A stretch of 57,180 bases of DNA, the filler included, from Catajapyx aquilonaris (lineage: Eukaryota): assembly GCA_000934665.2 (NCBI GenBank). It is 2 parts of 2 records of this genome, joined end to end, with 100 filler letters (N's around TTAATTAATTAA, not from the genome) between each part and the next. Parts side by side here need not be neighbours in the genome. Positions count along the whole stretch, not along the records: positions 28,657 to 57,180 come from JYFJ02004905.1; 1 more part is not named here. One strand, written 5' to 3'. A program made the translations under genes and the position numbers. Of this stretch, positions 50,895 to 57,180 are shown one piece after another. Positions within the stretch are counted from its first letter, which is position 1; each line of letters begins with the position of its first letter. The notes under the pieces are model-generated. The model worked only from the letters and a program-made list of their open reading frames with translations. It did not search any database and was not told the DNA's origin.

Positions 50895-53140
50895 CGTAAT
50901 TTTTCGTACATTTCAATAGGGTTTTTATTGGCTCATTCCTGCAGACGGCGGGGTCAAGACTCGATCGAGAACAGATCAGGTGACAAGTGTTATCCGCGAT
51001 AAACCATATCCGGAACATGTCTGATACACATGAAGGGTCGAATCCCATGGGATGACTTATCAGGTGATCACAAGTGATCCAGAGTTTGGGGGGGGTTTTG
51101 CAGACGCCATGTGGTTTGGTGTCCTCCCCCCCCCCCCCTGCACCCCACTCGACCTGCACCATCATGCAGATCGCAACCGGCGATAGAAGGCTTAGGACAT
51201 GGCGGGTGCCCAAATCGCACTCGACATCCCCCGATCGACACCCGAGCCTGCAATCTAAATTCATTACCGTGATGTCTGATAAAAAGGTCCAAACCCTCCG
51301 CGAAAGATTTCACGCCTAATGATATTTACAACAAAAAAAAAGAAATAATTTTCAACCAGTGCTCACCCCTGATATGATTGGGCACTAAGCTTCAAATTGA
51401 ATATTAGCTGCTAATATTTTTGACGACTATAAATTCTGCTTATTGACTAACACATTGGGCCGGAAAAATACCATACGTAATTCTTACCTCCAGCCAGATA
51501 TTTCCTCCACGTTCGGCTTAGGAGAATCACCCGCACGGAACGAACGAATCAAATTGAACGGTGCATATTTTATGGCAGTTGACGGTGTTTGCGATCGTCA
51601 GTGCATCACGTAGGGCGCCAAATAAAGTCCTTTTCTTTGCCCCCCCCCCCNNNNNNNCCCCCCCCCCACACCCATCCAGGGGCAAAAGCGACACACTCTG
51701 TTGATTGCGATTATATATTTTTTGAGCAGAGAATAGGGTGGATGGCGATCTAAAAAAAACAAAAAAACATCCGAAACGAGCCGAGAAAACTTTTTAAGCT
51801 TTTTGATATATAAAGGCCCAGGATTTTTGGGATGATATTTTGTAAAGCCAATGTGACGTCGTGCTGTCACTGTCTTTAATGGGAATGTCCATTACAGGGG
51901 CGCCTTACTTTTCTGTGAGGGTTTATGCTGCCACGAAATTGTGAAAATTCCGGGGTGTTTTTTGGTGGGGGCGAAGTTGTGATATGTCAAGTCGGTTGTG
52001 CTTGGCACAATGTATTCAGGATACAGTTTATAGTGTCGATTAGACTACCTCTAAACAAGCCTAAGGCTTGATAATGGAGTAATAAACAAAACAAACAAAC
52101 AATATATTTTCTATTAATTTTTACCATTAGAACAGTGGTTCCCGGATTTTCTGATAATAAAAACTATGATTGGAACTGGTGGAAAAGGTAACTAATAACA
52201 GTATTAATGACTTCACTGTACCTATCTGATATATTAATAAACCTCCGTCATCCCGTGCCGATAAATTTAGCTTGTGACATCTACTGATTTCCCAACTTGT
52301 TCCCAACCTCTCAGTGTTTTTGACAATTCTAAACTTGAATTGTGAGCCACTTATATTGAATTAGTTACGTATTTTGTTGCTGAGTTACAAATCGACATGG
52401 ACGGAATATTGCGAAAAATTCGCAAAACACACCTTTGTTTTGTTGTCATCTCCCATATTCCAGCCTCCCAGCACACACACACACACACAAAAAAACAATG
52501 TGCTGATGGAAGCTAGCAAAATCCCGGCCTTTCAAGCCGAAATAATCCTCCGTCATGAAGGGCCGTAAGCTAATCGCGTGGAGTTGCCGGGAACACCCGT
52601 TCCAGAGGATTAGTGCGATTGCCGAAACAATCTCCTATCTGGCGGTGCACTCGGTGGGCTCTGTCAACCCAGACCAGGCTCTGCAGCCATCTTGGCTCTC
52701 TTCCTCCCTTCCCCCCCACTTGAAAAAGCTTTGTTGCTATCATTACAACTGATTTGTGGAAGAGAATGGAGAGAGAGAGGTGCAGGGGGGGGATTCCCAG
52801 CACCATATTGCGGCTCTCACAGAAGTGGAGGGGATTATATCTGCTGTCGGCAACGATTTCAAATCCAGATTTTTGCAGTGTTTTTTTGAGTCTGGCACCA
52901 GAGGGAGGGCAGAGTTGGGATTTGTACAGGGGATCAAATACTTGACACCTGAACCGGTACAGTGGTTCCCGGATTTTTATAGCTAATAAAAACGATTATG
53001 GTGTATATAGAAGAAAATTCACTGTACCGATCATCCGGAGGCATTAAAACGCCTGAGTCATGTCGGAAGCAGCGTGCGCCATATACTGATTTCCTTCCCG
53101 ACTTCTTTTGCACAAAACGTATACAACTAGTATGTAATAA

Positions 53141-53473
<333 letters not shown>

Positions 53474-54134
53474 TAAGCTGTCGGTGTAGTTTGGTCAATT
53501 GTCAATTGTTGTTCCGAAACCACAACACGGTCCCGGCCTCCAATTAATAAGGCGCCTCGCCGTATCCTCAAGAGACAATAAATTTGGCTCCAGCGTGACC
53601 CGTAGCAAACAAAAGTCTTCTCGGATGTTTTACGCAGCAGTTCCGCTTGATCACGTCCTTTTGCTTCTTCTTCTTCTTCTTCGTCTTCTTCCTTAGCCGC
53701 CACCGGGCCTTTCCTCCCTCCAAAATCCCTCCCATGGTAGCCCTGCAAGCGGGCGGGCATTTTCCGGGAGTTTTCTGTACAAGCCACGCTTTGTTCTTTG
53801 CTCAGCCACCAATCCTCCGGAGCAACTACGCCTTGGAGCGTGTAAGAATTAGTTGAAATCCTCGCCAAGCAGAACGGAAGGGGACCATGCAGGGAAGCCA
53901 TGTCTTAATTTTCACGCCGGGGGGGCTTTTGTGCCGTTTTCTGCAAAGGACCTGTATATCTCCGGCACGCTCATGCTTGGACGCCCGATATATACGGCCG
54001 TGTCAAAGGTGACGGTCATTCCCTCGAGGATTTTTTTTTGTGTGTGTCCCTCCTCGAGGGAGTTTCGATATATCGAACACGTTAGTTATTTTTTTAACTA
54101 TTGAATATACAACGCATTGTATTCTGTTGCAATA

Positions 54135-54665
54135 TAGACAGTATCGATAATTGAATAATTTTGAAATTGTAAAAATATCGAATCGTATCGAATAGTCCCG
54201 CGTTGCAATACATCGATAATTAAATAATTTTGATAATAAAAAAAGGATCGTACTGAATAGTCAGCGCATAGTTTGTAGTGTGGTTAGTTGTGTCAATTGT
54301 CAATTACAATAATTACGGTATAATGCAATATCATTGATCGATAAATGAATATTGATTTGAGAATTTTGAAAATATCGAATCGTATCGAATAGTCAGCGCA
54401 TAGTTTGTAGTTTGGTTAGTAATGCCATGTCAATATACAAAAATTGCGGTAGGCCTATAATGCAGTGTGTCGCAAGATATCGATAATAATTGAATCAAAA
54501 TAATTGAAAATTGTGCAAAATATCGAATCATATCGAATAAAACGCAGTGTATATACTTATTATGTTGCAATATATATTGATACAATTTTAACAATAAAAA
54601 CTAATAATCAACGTGTTATGTCGCAATATATCGAGAATGGAATTATTTGGAAAATGTCGAATAAT
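54135..54665. repeat. Degenerate AT-rich tandem/dispersed repeats (AATATCGAATCGTATCGAATAGTC, ATCGATAAT)
   Basis: Motif recurs at ~54174, 54371 and 54519; the block GAATAGTCAGCGCATAGTTTGTAGT is duplicated. Confidence 0.65.
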
Positions 54666-57180
54666 TCAAATAAATGATATGAAAATGTTATCTCACTAGG
54701 AACCGGATATTATTAAAATTCAGAGCATTCGACCCTGGCTTTGATATGATTATCCGTGAGATTAACTCTAGAGATTTGCATTTCTGGCGTTGGTTTCATG
54801 GTCCCCCCCCCCCCNCGGAAGTCAGCTAGGGTGAGGCCCTGTGGCTGCGGCTTTTTACGCGGCTTCCGATATCGTACAGGGGCTAATAGACTCAATAGGG
54901 ATAAGCGGCAGGAGAGATGAGGGATTATGAATTTTCTCTCTTCCCTCTCTTTCCCTCCCCCCCCCCCTCCAACTACTATCCCCATACAGTGTCTTTTCCG
55001 GGGGGTTAGAAAGAGACGAGTAATGATGATGCCCGGAGTTTGGGATGGCTGCTGCTGCTGGGGAGAGAAAACTGTGGGAAAACTGGCGGGGTTCGAATAT
55101 TATTTTCTGCCGGTCTGGGGAAGTTGCCTTTGACATGAACGAATTAGGGGGTAAAATTGGGACTGGCTTAATCAGCAGCAGGGAAATAATAATATTGTTG
55201 GCGACTCACACACTGCAAGTCTGGCAATAATCGAATCAAAGCATTTAAATGCAGATTCATCCTATATACACGTTGGTCCCCGTCATGTCGTACCGGTTTT
55301 TCGGGATGAAGCAGCGTGCGCCATCTACTGATTTTCTTCCTAAAGACTCTGTTACTGTTGCATCGTATACATCTACCATATTTACTTATTTATTTACGTA
55401 ACCCCTTTTCGATTCCCAGCAGCAGTGTAACTAGACTTGACACCATACCGAGTGCAGTACATGCACGTGCAGGTACAGTGTGCACCTCCCATAATAAAAA
55501 AAGTAACGTACACCAAAAAAAAAACCCTTTGAGCTTGTATATAGCTAGAGGCCTGAGAGACGAAGCAGACGGTAGTGGCGAAATGGCGAGAGTGTTTCTG
55601 GCTGGCATTAAGGGGAAGTTGTTTATGTCTTTATGATGCGGAGCTGGGTTGGGCCCCATGTTTCCCCCCCGAAGCTTTGATGGAGCGCGGCAGCCAATGA
55701 TGGGGGGAATGGAGGGCCCCTAATGTTCTCGGCCTGATGGCTGCTGAGGACTGCGGTTGTTGGATGGGGGAAAGAAGAGAGAGGCGCGTGTCCAGGCGGG
55801 GGGGCCAGGTCCGGATTAGCCCGGATGGGAGTAAGTGACCTAAGGGGGGGCTTCCCAAAAAGTGTGGGACCATAATGCAGTTGAGTGCACTCTATATACT
55901 GTATACACTATCAAATGTATGGAAGAAAGTGTCGTTGGTATAAGAAAATGTCAGTTGAACACAACGGTTATGTTCCAACTGTCAGTTCATATCATATTTC
56001 AAACATTGGCCGGGGTCCCCTAGGTCGTAATTTTGGGAATAACCACATACCTAAAAAAAACAGATGAAGAAATTCTCACACCCAGACCAGAAATGCTACT
56101 TTGACCCCTCACAAAAATTCGGTGAGAACTGACCTTTTTTGGGGGGGACCCCGAACGTTAAAACGGAATAATTCAACAACAATCGAAAGAGCTGTGGGTC
56201 ATGTTTTGACCCCCCATTTTTTTTAAGGAACCCTGCTGCCAGTTTTTTTGGGGGAAATAATTTTTCTTTCGTGTTGGTCAACCCCCATGCAAATGTTCTG
56301 ACCTTTTTTTGCGCGCGCGCGACCTGACCCATCCATGTCCATCATCAACGGATTTTTACCTCCATGGGGCGTGTGGTGTTGCCTCGTCCTGCCACAAGAA
56401 AGGCGTTTTTGGGCCCTGCAGATTACATTCTCACCAAACAAGATTTTGGGAGGGGCAGGGCTTTGTGTCGGCTGTCCTCCCCATCAGGGTAACAATGTGT
56501 GTGTGTGTACCCCCCTTTTCCTCCCTAGTATGTAACATCCCCAAAGGACTTTTTCAGGGGGGGCGGGTTTTGTCATGGAAATCCCCGGCACCAACTCGTC
56601 ACTTTGTATGTTTTTAGTCGGGGACATTTTCTACGTCCCCTGGTGGGGGTGACTAATCCCACTGGGGAGGTGGAAAAGGGAACAATTTTTTTTTATTTTT
56701 TTAGGGTGGTGGGTGGTGGGTTAAAAAGTAATCTGGTAAATGAAAGTGATGAGGCTTACATGTGTTTTCTTTTCCCATAATGTGGGATTATTTGGCTAAT
56801 GGGCAGGGTTTGCAGAGGGATTATTTAGCAGCTCCCATGCATCACCCCTGGTGACTTTTGGAGTCGTTTTTTTTTTGGGGGGGGGGGCCACGTAATGTGA
56901 TATCTGAATTGTGGATTTAGCACCACACTGGGCGCAAACAGGGTGAGAGGGNGGGGTCCACGTAATGTGATATCTGAATTGTGGATTTAGCACCACACTG
57001 GGCGCAAACAGGGTGAGAGGGTGTCCACACTTGAGATAACTCAGGCTTAATAATTTGAAAGCAAAATAATATTTTTTAACATGCAGATGAAGCTGGTAAA
57101 TCATGTACCGATTGGAGGTAGTATTTTGTGATCAACAATGTCTACGAGTACTGACTTGTAGACAGCCCATCGCTCAGATG

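Noticed and set aside
56888..57021. Exact 64-bp tandem duplication
   Set aside because: The copies flank a single N in a G-run, typical of an unmerged contig overlap.

Overview
Eukaryotic (arthropod, most likely insect/hexapod) draft-assembly sequence made of at least two pieces. A synthetic 100-bp spacer (44 N + TTAATTAATTAA + 44 N, 28557-28656) joins them, and a second 140-N gap lies at 25200-25339. Left piece: 16 minus-strand exons (22626->2184) splice in frame into ~950 aa of a Munc13-4/BAIAP3-type C2A-MUN-C2B vesicle-priming protein, incomplete at both ends. Across the 140-N gap are three plus-strand exons (25701-26756) encoding the post-zinc-finger PKA/degron region of Cubitus interruptus (Gli). 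Right piece: a long, repeat-rich upstream region, a probable first coding exon (46804) and the 166-bp first paired-box exon (53307-53472) of Pax2/5/8 (shaven/D-Pax2). Introns and intergenic DNA carry tRNA-derived SINEs, many MITE families, mariner and LINE relics, a probable Helitron and microsatellites. The most unusual structures are a ~950-bp imperfect palindrome with a microsatellite core behind the ci exons, a 56/57-bp higher-order tandem array built from CCAAT and E2F-type motifs flanked by unidentified antisense ORF fragments, and two 5'-truncated genes facing head-to-head across a MITE-containing gap. No new biological system can be proven from the sequence alone.
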